A DNA stretch of 64,000 bases from Marsupella aquatica (lineage: Eukaryota; Plantae; Marchantiophyta). The DNA is taken from assembly GCA_973895155.1 (NCBI GenBank), contig OZ316892.1, forward strand, positions 4,112,410-4,176,409, in the 5' to 3' direction. Below the pieces are notes generated by a model. The model was not told where the DNA came from. It saw only the letters and a program-made list of their open reading frames with translations, and did not search any database. Of this stretch, positions 50,393-63,087 are shown piece by piece. Within the stretch, counting starts at the first letter, position 1; every line of letters starts with the position of its first letter. Made by a program: the position numbers and the translations under genes.

Positions 50393-53300
50393 ATGAGGAC
50401 CCCACGCGAGAGACTGGAAGCTGATCGGGAGTGGCATGCCCAGAACAGGGCAGTCACAAATGCAAGGCGTCGCCAACGATATGCTGAGCGACGACTACAA
50501 GAGAGGGCTGAAGTGTGTACGGTGCCACAACCAACTTCCACACCAATTGTGGGACCTTTGGTTGCGGTAGCAAGTATTCCACCAAGTCCGATACTTTTGG
50601 TACCAAAACCAAGTGAGACAAGTGCTGCACCAAGTGTGGCGTCTGCCTGCACAGTTAGTGGTCGACAACTACGGCACGAAGCAAGGGCACCGCGGCGGGC
50701 ACCAACAACATCATTGGCCTCCTTTGAGGGGGCAAGTACAGGACCAACTTTGGCATCTGCGCGCGCAAATAGTGGAAGGCAGCTTCACCGTGAAGCAAGA
50801 GCTGCTCAACAGGCATCGGCCAGATCCATTGCTATTGGTACCAGCCAAGATCCGGTGAATGGATTATCCAACTTTCCCATGTTCAATGAAGGTTGGCTCA
50901 TCGATGGTGCCTTGGACGCATGTGGGGTTGACCAGCCTCCAGAGGATTTTGCCATTGGCCCACTGTGCGAGCCCATAACCAACAATGGGCCACAACACTT
51001 GGACGTCTTTGAAGAGGATTGGCTCATTGATGGCGCTTTACAAGATGGGGTTGCCTTTATGGCTCAGCCCCCACCCTGTGAATCCATACCAAACAATGAA
51101 GAGTCTAACCTTGACATCTTTGATGAAGATTAGCTCATTCATGGTGCTCTTCACGAGGGGCCAAATCCGATCCTTGATGATGGGGGTGATCAATTTGACA
51201 CGTTTGTTGAGGGCACCTTGGATTTGTCAAATGAAGATGGAGAAGAGGAAATTGAGCATATGCTCCAAAAGGAAATGGGAGGCACAATCTTGCGCCATAT
51301 ACTCCGGCTCAACCCAATCCACGTGTTCTTTTGCAGGAGCGCCAAAGACTAGAATAGATCCAACAGTTACCAAAGGCAAGACAGCCGTTGGACCCTTCAA
51401 TGGGTCGACATCTTTTGGGACGCATGAACATTGAGTGCCCACAATGCAAAGCGCTTCATTGGATCGAAGAGTGCAAGTCAGGGACGCAACGCAACCCGTT
51501 CTTTACCATGTGTTGCGCCAGAGGGAAGGTGGTATTGTCTGAACTTGGTGATCCCCCTGAACCTCTACGGAGTTTGTTGATTGGTACCAATGTTGTAGCT
51601 ATAGCATTCCGGAAGAATATTCGAGGCTACAATAATGCATTGGCATTTACGTCCCTAGGTGTTAAAATTGACGAAAGGGGTGGTAATCAAGGCCCATATT
51701 CCTTTCGTATCCAAGGAGCATTATATCATTGTGCCGGTAGCCTCTTGCCGCCTGATGGAGAAGGACCAAAATTTGCTCAATTGTATATTCATGATACAGA
51801 AAATGAGTTGGGAAACAGGTAAATAAGTAATATGTGCAACATTCTTGCAAGTTTTTTCCTTTAATATTCTAAGTATGTTTCCAGCAACTAAGTTGTGTCT
51901 CATGGTTTTTTCTTGGGTTGTAGGATGAATAGGATGCCACAATTGGATCATGTTGTGTTAGCTTCATTGCAAGACATGCTGCATACGTACAATCCATATG
52001 TGAGGCTCTTCAAAAATGCGGGGAGCCGCATTGATGGCACTGAGGTGGCAGAGGTATCGCTACGTATTATAGCGGAGCGAGATACTGACCCTAGGCGCTA
52101 TAATAAGCCCACAACAGATGAAATTGGCGTGATTGTGGTGGGAGAGGAAGGTATTGAAACGCGTGGTAGGGACATTATCCTAAGGAAGAGGAATGGTGGC
52201 CTACAAAGGATTTCTGAGTGGCACCGGTCGTATGCTCCCCTTCATTATGTTTTGCTTTTTCCTCATGGACAGGATGGGTGGTCTTATGACATCCCATTGG
52301 CAGGCCATGAATTCCAAGATGGCTGTTGAACCAGGAGCCAGGGGTGGACGAAATGGTTCTAAGAAGGTGACCCAACTTCAGTACTATGCGTATAGGTTAC
52401 ATGCAAGGCGGGGAGATGATTGGTTGCTTCGTGGAGGACGATTGCTCAAGCAATACATTGTAGATGCTTATGCATGTATTGATCAAACACGACTCACCTA
52501 CATTCGTAATAATCAGAAGAAGCTAAGGACCGAGTTGTATCAAGGGCTACAAGATGTAGTTCAAAATGAGGACGCACGAGCAAGTGATGTGGGTAGGACC
52601 TATATTCTACCATCAACCTATGGAGGCAGTGCACGACATATGATGCAGGCCTATCAGGCGGGCTATCAGGATGCCATGGCAGTTGTTCGAACATATGGGC
52701 CTCCAGACCTTTTCATAACTTTTACGTGAAATCCTGAATGGCCTGAAATCAGAGCGGAGTGCTACCCCTACTAGACCCCGGCCAACCGCGATGACATTGT
52801 GGCAAGAGTATTCAAACTTAAGTTGAAGGCCCTATTGGTGGACATTCGGGCAGGGGTATTAGGTAGACCTATTGCTTCTATGTATGTCATCGAATTTCAG
52901 AAGAGGGGTTTGCCGCACGCCCACATACTGATAATATTGGTGGAACGACATAAGTTGCGCACCCCGGAGTTGGTTGACGAATTGGTTTTGGCAGAGATAC
53001 CGGATGCACGAGTACATCCCCAATTATATCAGACTATTATGAAGTCCATGGTCCATGGTCCATGCGGTCGCGGGTATCCAAACTCACCTTGCATGGTTGA
53101 CGGGCAGTGCAGCAAGGGCTATCCGCGATCATTTTCATCTGAAACAATTTTTGGAGATGATGGGTATCCTTTGTATCGACGTCGGGATGATGGCCGCAGT
53201 TTCTCAAAAGATCAAAGCACATTTAAGTTTGACAATAGGTGGGTTGTTCCTCATAGTCCATATTTGAGCATGAGATTTAATGCTCATATCAATGTGGAGA

Positions 53301-53837
53301 TTTGTTCTTTGATTAAAGCAATCAAGTATTTATATAAGTACTGTTATAAAGGGCACGATAAAGCAACGGTGGAGGTTGAGCAATGAGACAAAGTAAAGGA
53401 ACATTTAGATGCCAGATATGTGTCTGCTGCTGAAGGAGTATGGCGCATCAATCAGTTTGAAATGTCTGAGAGTACTACTTCAGTGCAAAGGTTGCAAGTG
53501 CATTGTGAGGGGGAACAATCGGTAATGTTCAATGAGGATTCTGAGATCAATGATGTGGTCCAACAAGAATCTCATAGGGACACAACCCTCACAGGGTGAT
53601 TCAGAGCTAACACGGTACATGAACGTGCGAGACAACTTTTCTACAACAATTTCCCCAATGAGTTTGTGTGGGATGCATCCTCCCGTGCATGGAACCCACG
53701 AAGAAGAGGGTTTAGCATTGGTAGGATGTATTTTGTGCCGCCAGCCGTGGGTGAATGGTACTACTTGAGGGCGCTTCTTCTTCACATCAAAGGTGCAACA
53801 TCATTCATCGACCTTCGCACATTTGAGGGCAATGTAT
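50393..53837 (+). pseudogene. Helitron RepHel N-terminal and Rep (HUH) region, disrupted
   Basis: CPQCKALHW..CCARGKV, NIRGYNNALAFTSLG, KFAQLYIHD, DLFITFT*NPEWPEI, IEFQKRGLPHAHILI, KYLYKYCYKGHD; intron ~51819-51923. Confidence 0.93.
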
Positions 53838-54625
53838 CACTACAACACTATGCACCTCTTTTGCGAACCACCACCCTTCGCATCATACAAAGGAAACAAA
53901 ATCTGAAATACCCAATTTGCGAACTTACTCGCATCGCAACGTCTTCGCTACTTCCCATCTCAAATTCTTTGCAAACGGCCCTTCGCAACTACTTCGCAAC
54001 TTGCGATTCTAAATACGTCGCAACATCTCCGCAACGTTGCGACGGCACTGTCCTTGCAAATATTGAGAAACGACAAATTTCATTATTTTGCGAGAACAAA
54101 TGAATCGCTCGCGTTGCGGTAACATTTACATCGCAATTTCCGATGTTAAATTTCTCTATAACTTGCGATGCAAACAAACTCGTAAGATTGCGAGAAGCGG
54201 ATGACCGCTTTGTTGCAAAGGCATTTAACTCGCAAACGTGTGGAGAGGAAGTCTTTGCTAGGGTTGTGATTTAGACAACATCGCAAGTATTGCGATGCAT
54301 TTCTCCTCGGAATGGTTGCGATACGTTCACCGTGGGTCTTTGAGATGGGGGTTGGTTCTCAAAAGCTTCGCAAAATGTATATTTCATGGGTTTTTGTGTA
54401 TTTGGGTTAGGGTGAGGGTGAGGGAGACCATTCATGGGTTTTGAAGGAGGGAGGAAAGTGATGTTGACCCAGTCTGCCGCAATTAAAATGACATTACTGA
54501 AAAAGTACAAAAGTTACAAAATGGAAGGGTAAAAACCCTTAGGTAAAGTGCCACGGCCATGCATGCTGATCGCTATACATGTGAACTCGATGTAAGTGCT
54601 CTAGCTACAACTTGTCTACATCGAG

Positions 54626-56724
54626 CTAGAAAGGAGTGTTCCTGCCCCTCCTTGCCTTCTTCCCCTTGGCCTTCTCCTTGCCCTTGTGTGCTCTTGGGGG
54701 GGGTGCAACCTGGACTTCCTCCTCCTCTTGGTCACCCTCGGGGTCACCCTCATCCTCATCCTCATCCTCATCCCCACCTCCACCGCCCTGGCTTGCCGCG
54801 CTACCACCCCCAGCACCACTGGAACGTGCTGATGCAAATGACTGGTCTCCAGTGCTAGTTGGCCTGGCTTGAGTAGCAGGAGCTGTGCTCCCCTCCCCTG
54901 TCCCCTCCACATCCTCATCACTACTATCGGTGCCACCCTCGGTATGGGAGTCACCATCCTCCCCTCCCTGCTTCCATTAGCAAACCAGGGTGTCTGTTAG
55001 TCTCATATTCTTTACAAGTGTGAACAAAAGAGATATTCATTCAAAATTGCAATGAATGTAATAACCTAAAAATTCTCACCAATAATTCATCAACTTGCTG
55101 AAAGAGATGCTCCTTCCCATGTTTCTGGCCCACCTCCATCTCAGCCGCCGTAATCTTCCTCTTGTACCTCTTGTACTAAGCCAAAACAAAACCAGCACAA
55201 TTGGGTTAACACCAACCCATAACCCGATTCACATGGCTTCTAAAAATTAGGGGGTTTGTTGGGGCTGGTGGGGTGGTGCATCAAGGTTTTGGGGTTATGG
55301 AGGGTGGCATATATGGGGAAGACCCTCAAAGAACACTTAAACGATCGGAAAATTTAAAAATTCAAATTTTTGAAATTTTGCGAAGGCGCCAGCTTCGCAA
55401 TCGTAAGGACAATTACGTTTGCGAAGCTGGTTGCGATGCGAACGTCTTCGCAACGCCTTCGCAAACGTAAGCAAAAAAAGGGCATAATAAGGTTTGCGAA
55501 GGATTTGCGAAGCTACCCGCATCGCAAATGTATCGCAAACTTTGTCATAGCAAAAACCCGAGAGGGAAGCAACTGTACGTGACCTAATCTGACACAACAA
55601 GTCTAATTGTAACTACTTGGTGGAAATGCAAGAAAGAGTTGGCTCATTGCAGGTGTGTTGGAATAGGAATTGGAGTAGCAAGAAGTCAAGGGAGGAGAGG
55701 GAGGTGCACTCACGAATGCTGCTTTGAGGCCGGGGAGGCCACCTTGACCCAGCCTGTGGGTGATGTTGGGCTTGTCTCGGACTCGCTCAGCTGCCTTCAG
55801 GAACTTGTTGGGTGGATCGCCTACTTCTGCTACAACCTGCTGGAGCTGGGCTACCTTCTGCTCCATCACCTTCAGGTCCCGGTCAGACTTCCCGGCCTCC
55901 TTTGCCCTTCGAGCCTTTGCCAGCTTCTCTGTGAAATCATTGAGGAGCCTGGCTGCTTTCAACTTCACCTCTGTCTGGTAGAAGGCCTGCCAGATATCTT
56001 CTGAGAACTGCAGCGGCCTCTGCAAATTCCTATACTCCTCCAAATCTCTAAGGTGAGACCTGATCTTCATTCTATCATGGTATCTAGCTTGTGACATGGA
56101 GTTTGAAATTTTGTCAGCAAGCCACTGTGAATCCATCTCTCCTCCATTTCGAAATTCATCTTTCACCTGATTGATGACTCGCTTCTGCTCTGCCTTTGAG
56201 CGAGTGCCCCACTCGACTCCTCTTGCAAAATTTGTGGATACAATGTGCCTGATTGTGCTCTTGGCCCCATTGTAAGCAAGCTCGGTGGGAATCCCCTCAT
56301 CCTCTAAAGTAATCAGAGGCAGCTTCCTCCTTGCTGCCTCCTTCTTTCTTTGCTCCTCCCTCTGTTTCCTGATCAGGTCTCTCTCATCTTTCCTCCTCTT
56401 CTTTTCCAATGCTTGAGGCGAGAGCACTCCAGCCTGAGCTCTCTCGTCCCTCTTTCGCTTCCTCTCAGCAGCCGCCTGCTCTGCTGCCTTCCTTGCATCC
56501 TCCTCCACTGCTGCTTACCCTGCAGTGAGACCTGCTTGCAAGGCTTGGCCCAGAAGGGCACTCAATGATGCCAGCCCTGCTGGACTGGTGAAATCAATTT
56601 GACTCAACTGTGCAACCGAAAAATGCTCATCCACAATCGCCTTCAATCGATCCCCCCCCCCTCGGTTGCCTCCGCTGCTGCAAGAAGCTCCTCCGTCACC
56701 ACCAGTCCCCTCTTCGCTCGCCAT
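54626..56724 (-). pseudogene. CACTA second ORF (TnpA/ORF2-like), about 3 exons, one in-frame stop at 56515
   Basis: ORFs 56515-56880 and 55603-56508 are in frame. Donor GTGAGT at ~55713, small exon ~55177-55080, and an acidic/basic tail exon ending at 54626. Confidence 0.55.
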
Positions 56725-57444
56725 CGCTCCGCCCTTGCCCTCGTTGCTCTCCTCAGGCCTGAATGAACTGAATCCGCCTTGTCCGCGTTCGGCAATCCAT
56801 AAGGATTCAAAATATTGGGCTTTGCGATTCGTTTCGCATCGCAGTTTGCGATGCATCGGCCTTCGCAAAAAGCTTCGCAAATTCTATCTTTGCGAAGCTT
56901 CAAGATTCGCAAAAGCCTTCGCTATTTGGTTTTGGCATAACCCCCGTCTCGCATGCGTATTTGATGTGTTGTTAGGGATACTAAGGGGGCTTATGAACAT
57001 TAAATGGGGTAGATGTAGAGGATTATGTTGCATTTTAGTGGGATGTGATGAGATAAGGATTGGGGGGGTTAGAAAATTGAAGGAGTTATATTGCAGGGTA
57101 AGAGGAGGGGGTTTGGCCTGGTTAGGGGAGGGTTTCTTTTGTGAAGGTTGGGCTTAGATTGGCTTAGATACGAGGGGTTTTATGTTTTGGGTTTGCAGGG
57201 GGGTTTTATTTATGAAGGTTGGGGTTATATGTATTGGAGGGTAAGAGCTAGGAGGGGTTTTATGTTTTGGGTTTTGGGGTTTAGGCCAACTTAGGAGGGT
57301 TTGAAAGAGAGGTTTCAGTTTTATAGTATCTTGGGTTACTTTTATGGTATCTTAGGAGGGTAACCAAGAGGGGTGGCATATAATTATGGTAGAGAGAAGC
57401 ATAGGATGGTTGAAGGGAATTGACCATTTAGGTTTTTGCTAACT

Positions 57445-58500
57445 TCATTGGCTTACGCTTTTAGAGTTCCCAAGGGTCTATGGTGGGTTTTTATTGCATG
57501 ACACTCACCTTTCACTTGAAGCGGGATGAGGTTTTGGTTTTTATGCTAACAATTGAGGGAAATCCCATGTAATCATGATCCAGTGCAGGACCATCACTGC
57601 TTCCTCAACTTTTGTCTAATGCATATGCATTGTGGGAACCCGGACATCTAAAAGGTATATTTAAACATGTATGTTAGCAGGGTTTGATAAAGAGATTGTT
57701 CATAAACCTTGTCCTTCTTTGTTGTGCAAGAATATCTATATGCACATGTTTGGGGGTCTACAACTTGAGAGAAGCTAATGGCTATCCAAACTTACTTTTT
57801 TGTTTCCAGTATTTTCCTCGTGCTTCTAGATTCAGCTCATGTTCAATGAGCCACACGACCTACAGGCACTATTGAGTCCGGATCTCATTCAGGTAATTAT
57901 TGTCCAACTTCATTCTGGGCTTAGGCCTTTAGAGTTTTCCCAGGGGTCTAGGGTGGGTTTTTATTGCATGACACTCACCTTTCACTCGAGGGGGGATAAG
58001 GGTTTAGGGTTTAGGGTTTTATGCTAACAATTGAGGGGAAAACCCATGTAATCATGATACAACGCAGGGCCAACACTACTACCTCAACTTTTGTCTAATG
58101 CATATGCATTGTGGGAACCCGGGCATCTAAAAGGTATAACATCATGTATACAGTCAATGTTGTTAGTACAGATTTTTATGCTTGCCCTTCTTTGTTGTGC
58201 CATGATATATGTGGGTAAATGTCTAAGATTCCACAACTTGACGGCTGCTAATTACCATCCAAACTTACATTTTGTTTCCAGTATTTTCCTCCTACTTCTA
58301 GATTTGGCAAATGTTCCAAAAGCCACGTGACCTATAGGCACTGTTGAGCCCGGGTCTCATTCAGGTAATAATCTAACCTCACTTAGGACATAGGGTATTA
58401 CAATTTTCCCAAAGGTTATAATGTGGTTTCTTCTTGCATGACACTCACCTTAATTTGGGTTTCATGCTAACAAATATAAAAGGGTAATAAAATCCCATGT
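57445..58500. repeat. ~465-bp tandem duplication (2 copies plus a partial) upstream of the CACTA transposase
   Basis: TTGCATGACACTCACCTT occurs at ~57495, 57964 and 58434; TTTGTCTAATGCATATGCATTGTGGGAACCCGG occurs twice. Confidence 0.85.
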
Positions 58501-58606
58501 ATAAACCAACCTAATTGTTTTTTGAGTTCATTTTTTTAAAAATTGCTTTATATATGGCCTAATTTTTCCTAATCATGCCCTACATGCAATGTAATGTGGC
58601 AGTGGA

Positions 58607-58832
58607 TATGTCCTCTTCCTCTGAACTATCCAGTAGTGAGTACTCCTCCGATGACGATATACCCCCTCCTCCTCAGCCCGAGGTTACTGGTCCTCGTGGT
58701 CCACCCCGAAGACTTTGTGACTGCACCAGATGTGTGGGCCAAATTTCTCAAAAATTTTATGTGTGTGCTCAACATATTGAGAGATATGGACGTCATAGAG
58801 GTCTTACTCCCGGGGCTTCTTCATCCCATATG
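58607..58832 (+). CDS. First coding exon of the CACTA transposase locus (transposase-associated Cys/His domain-like)
   Basis: MSSSSELSS...LCDCTRC...CAQHIERYG; ends ATG|GTAAGT, a phase-0 donor. Confidence 0.65.
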
Positions 58833-58943
58833 GTAAGTTTGTTTCAATTGATTGCCGTTCTTTACTGTTATTTTTAGAGGTGAATCAATGTTTACACATA
58901 TGGTTTACACATTTGGTTGTTTGTGGGTGTTTGCATGGAATAG

Positions 58944-59774
58944 GGATCCAGTATGCGTAGATTGGTGACACCACCACCCTATGTCCCATCACAAGGAGTT
59001 TTAGATGCTATAGGCAATGCACTTTCACAAGCCTTGGGTTTGGGAATTAGTACCAGTCATGGGACAGAAGGGGAATACCCTCATGTGCCCACTGAGACAC
59101 GAAGACCCCGGTCCAGGCCCCAATCCAACAGGAGGCCACGAGCACCCAATGACCCATCCAGAACACTAGTTCAGGGTAGGTGGGGTGTTTGTTCATTCAC
59201 TGGCAAGTGTGCCTCTATCATCAAGGATTGGGAACCTATCACTCTTGGCTTGCCTTATTTTACAGATTTTGATGAGGAGATTGTGGTTTGGGGTAGACGT
59301 TGGATTGTGAAAACTTCCACACTTGGAGAGAGACATGGATATGGAGTATTTGCTTGTGAGGATATCATCATGGATGAGGAGGGTGGGTCAAGTGTTCGTG
59401 GTAGAGAGGGTCCTACTTTGTTCCCATACGGTGGACCCATCTACAAGAGAAGACATTGGAACATGATCCTTGCACAACATCCTGAGTGGAAAACATATGC
59501 TCTAGAGATGGATACTTTTGATGGTAGCACTAGAAGGTATAGTGAGCAGCGGGTGATAGATGGTGATCCCATACGTAATGGGAATATTGTTGGTTTCATA
59601 AATAGTACTGTGGGGACTCGGCCCAAGCGTAGGGCCAATTGTGAGTGGGTTTTTACTGATGGTCCAATGCCAGCACCATATGGCACGACATATCATAAGG
59701 ACCATTGCTTAGTTCTTGCTACTAGGACCATTAGAGCAGGAGATGAGTTATTCACACACTATGAGTGGGATTAG
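58944..59774 (+). CDS. Intact SET-domain exon inside the CACTA element
   Basis: STLGERHGYGVFACEDI, LFPYGG, IDGDP..GNIVGFINS, ANCEW, VLATRTIRAGDELFTHY; phase-0 acceptor TAG|GGA at 58943/58944. Confidence 0.85.
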   Translation, partial: GSSMRRLVTPPPYVPSQGVLDAIGNALSQALGLGISTSHGTEGEYPHVPTETRRPRSRPQSNRRPRAPNDPSRTLVQGRWGVCSFTGKCASIIKDWEPITLGLPYFTDFDEEIVVWGRRWIVKTSTLGERHGYGVFACEDIIMDEEGGSSVRGREGPTLFPYGGPIYKRRHWNMILAQHPEWKTYALEMDTFDGSTRRYSEQRVIDGDPIRNGNIVGFINSTVGTRPKRRANCEWVFTDGPMPAPYGTTYHKDHCLVLATRTIRAGDELFTHYEWD

Positions 59775-59985
59775 GAAATCATGTCCTTTATCCTCTTGCA
59801 CCTATTTTGGACTTCCCATTTACTATTATATATATGGCCTTTGGGCTCATTTTGGAGTAATAAGGTTTTAGCCCATGCATTTACTTTAATTCTTAATGTC
59901 TTGAATGAATGGTGTTAAGTCTATTTTAATTTGTTGTACTTGGTCAAATATACATGAGGAGGTTTTTTGGTTGTAATGTGCATAG

Positions 59986-61517
59986 AATGCACAACCATCT
60001 CAACAAATGTTACCACGAAGGTTGAGAGCAACATATCGGGAGATGGGTATGCCAGAAGAGGGAGAACCATCAGAGGGTGATTCCTCATCAAGTAATGATG
60101 TAGGTGGTGCTGATGAGGAAGCCGCACCTCGGACTGATGACCAGGTCATGCATGATCAAGATAGAGCCATGGATGACTTCATGGTTGATTGGTTTGGTGC
60201 CGATGTTGAGGATGATGTGCCTCACATTGGTCATGAGGTTGGCCCTTCAAATGACCCACGGCCACAACATACTCCAGAGGGACAACAACAATGGAAAGAG
60301 GCAGAGGAACATGCTTGAACCTATTTTTGAGGGTGCTCGGTTGAGCCGTCTTTCTGCCATATTGGGGCTCTTGAACATTCAAGCCAAACACAAGACAAGC
60401 AATTCTATGTTATCAGACATATTTGAATATTGTCATGACTTGATGTTACCCTCGGAGAATGTGTTGCCAGGGACCTGGAAGGATGCAAAGAAGGTTCTCT
60501 CATCCATTGGTATGGATTACCATATTATTCATGCCTGTGTGAATGATTGCATGTTATTTCACGGGGATACAACCCATATCACAGAATGCACAGTGTGTCA
60601 TGAGCCACGGTATGAGCCAAACATGCTAACCCAGAAGGTACCAAGGAAAGCAGTTCGTTGGTTCCCCATAATTCCTCGCTTGTTGCACATGTATAGATGT
60701 TCTGACTTGGCCGAGTTGATGGTATGGCACAAGAAACATCGTTCGGAGCCCGGTGTCATGCGATTACCAGTTGACTCTCCTGCTCATAAACATGTGGAAT
60801 CAACATGGCCAGATTTTGAGCGTGACCCTCGGCATGTGCGACTGGGGTTGGCATCAGATGGAGTTAGCCCTCATTCACTTGGAGGGAAGGGGAGACCTAC
60901 ATCGGTCTGGCCTGTGGTTCTCATGAATTACAACCTTCCACCATGGTTGTCCATGAAAAAGGGTTTTTTGTTGCTATCTTTGATTATCCTAGGGCCAAAG
61001 AAGGTGAAGAACATGGACACCTATTTGACATTACTGGTTCAGGAACTCCAGAAATTATGGGAAGGAGTATGGGCATATGATGGTCGAAAGACTACAGGGG
61101 GTACCCCACTGGTTTTCAAACTCAAAGGGGTTTGTATGTGGACCATGCATGACTACCCAGGTAAGAACTTTGTTGTTTAAATGCATCATATTCTAATGCA
61201 TGGTATCCCCTCATTTCCATGTGCTCCTAACATAATGTGTGTTTATATGACCAGGATTTGGCTTTGTGAGTGGGTTGCAAACCCAAGGCTACAAGGATTG
61301 CTCCACTTGTGGCCCAAGCCTTGGTGATGTAGCCAAGTATTCATCACATCTTCGCAAGATTGTTTATCTTGGGCATACAAAGTTTCTTCCAATGGGACAT
61401 CAGATGAGGCGTGACCCACTACTATTTTCCTCTATTGATATGCCCTTTGGTGACGAGCGTGATGTACCTGAGCCAACAACTTTTACACACTAGAAAGACA
61501 TGGCTGCAAGAGTTGCA
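59986..61517 (+). pseudogene. CACTA TnpD/Tnp2 (Transposase_21) N-terminal half, frameshifted and truncated
   Basis: IHACVNDCMLF, CTVCHEPRY, FPIIPRL, RLGLASDG, SVWPVVLMNYNLPPW, WTMHDYPG; intron 61161-61254. Confidence 0.93.
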
Positions 61518-62159
61518 AAACCAAAACATTCACAAAATGAGACCCTAGACAGGCACAGGATTTGCGAGCCTATTACATGGCTGCAAGTTAGCCATATATT
61601 CCACAAACATCGCTCATTTGCGAGACAATAAGACTCGCAAAATATTTTGAGATGCTTAAATATTCGCAACCATTTAGTTTTCCAGCGCATCTCAATGAAT
61701 TTGCGAAGCGGTAAAGATCGCTAACTTGTTCAATGGTAATTGCTTCGGAAATGTTTTGCGATACCTGAAGTGTCGTAAAATGTTGCGATGGTCTAAGTTT
61801 CGCAATTATGTGTTGCGATGTGTGTAAACCCTAAACCCTAAACCCTAAACACATCGCAACACATAATTGCGAAACTTAGACCATCGCAACATTTTATGAC
61901 ACTTCAGGTATCGCAAAACATTTCCGAAGCAATTACCATTGAACAAGTTAGCAATCTTTACCGCTTCGCAAATTCATTGAGATGCGCCGGAAAACTAAAT
62001 GGTTGCGAATATTTAAGCATCTCAAAATATTTTGCGAGTCTTATTGTCTCGCAAATGAGCGATGTTTATGGAATATATGGCTAACTTGCGATAGTAATAG
62101 GCTCGCAAATCCTGTGCCTGTCTAGGGTCTCATTTTGTGAATGTTTTGGTTTTGCAACT
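61511..62159. repeat. Long inverted repeat: ~312-bp arms around a 25-nt spacer containing (AAACCCT)3
   Basis: 61511-61823 is the reverse complement of 61849-62159 with a few transitions and one short replaced patch. Confidence 0.93.
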
Positions 62160-63087
62160 TTGAGATGGTGGTATCTTCGGAAGTTTGCGATGAGGGAATG
62201 ATGGCAATTAGGGAGCAGTTAAGTATCGCAAATGTAGCGATGAGTTTGCGGGTGTAGGGGTTTCGCAAGATGTTTCGCAAAATATTATGAGCGCTTCAAA
62301 GAGGTGGAAAAGGAATGGGATTGGGGAGGGAGGGTAAAGGAGGGTGGATACATGTAATTTTTAGGGAGGGACAATGAAAAGGAGGAGGAAGGGAATGGGG
62401 CTAGGAGGGACAAGGAACGGAGGGATCCAAGAGGGAGGATACAGGTTTAGGGGGCACAAGGAAATGAGGGAGGAGGAAGGGTATGTAGATATAGTTTTAG
62501 GGAGGGTTTGGATTTAGGGAGTGAAAATAAAAAGGAGGGAGTTTAGGGTTTAGAGAGGGACAAGGAAAGGAGGGAGGGTATTGGTTTAGAGAGGGACAAG
62601 GAAATGAGGGAGGTTTAAGGGTATAGGTTTAGGAGGGAGGAGAGAAGCTAGGTTGTATAGGTAAGAGTGGGGGACAGGGGTGGAAAGTAAGGAAAGTATA
62701 GGGTTGAAATAGAAAGCCAGGGGTTGGGACAAGGAGAGGAAGGAGGAAGGAGGGTTTAATAAGAGGGACAGACAATGAAAGAAAGGAGGAGGGAGGTGGG
62801 TACAAGTAATAAGGAGAACAGCTAGGGGGGGATTAGGAAAGCATGGAGGATAGAGGACTACAAGCAACATGAGTTTTCTTTGCATAAAGTCTACCAAAAG
62901 GTGTGGTGAGTGTGGGGTAGGGATGGGAGATATAGAAAACAACATTTGAAAATGATATACTTACAAAACATAAGTTTATTGATAATTGAGAAGCACATAT
63001 TTCTCCATTCTACCGAGAAGAGAAATCTTCATATCATCAAATCTAACTATATATCCGTGTAGCTATATATCCACAAACACAGACCCC

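Larger units (their letters stand above)
48085..53837 (+). mobile_element. Helitron, 5' part, cut off by the CACTA insertion
   Basis: Rep-domain ORFs downstream. Putative 5' end A|TCTAACACTATAATAG at 48085 (inferred). No helicase or 3' CTAG end in the window. Confidence 0.7.
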
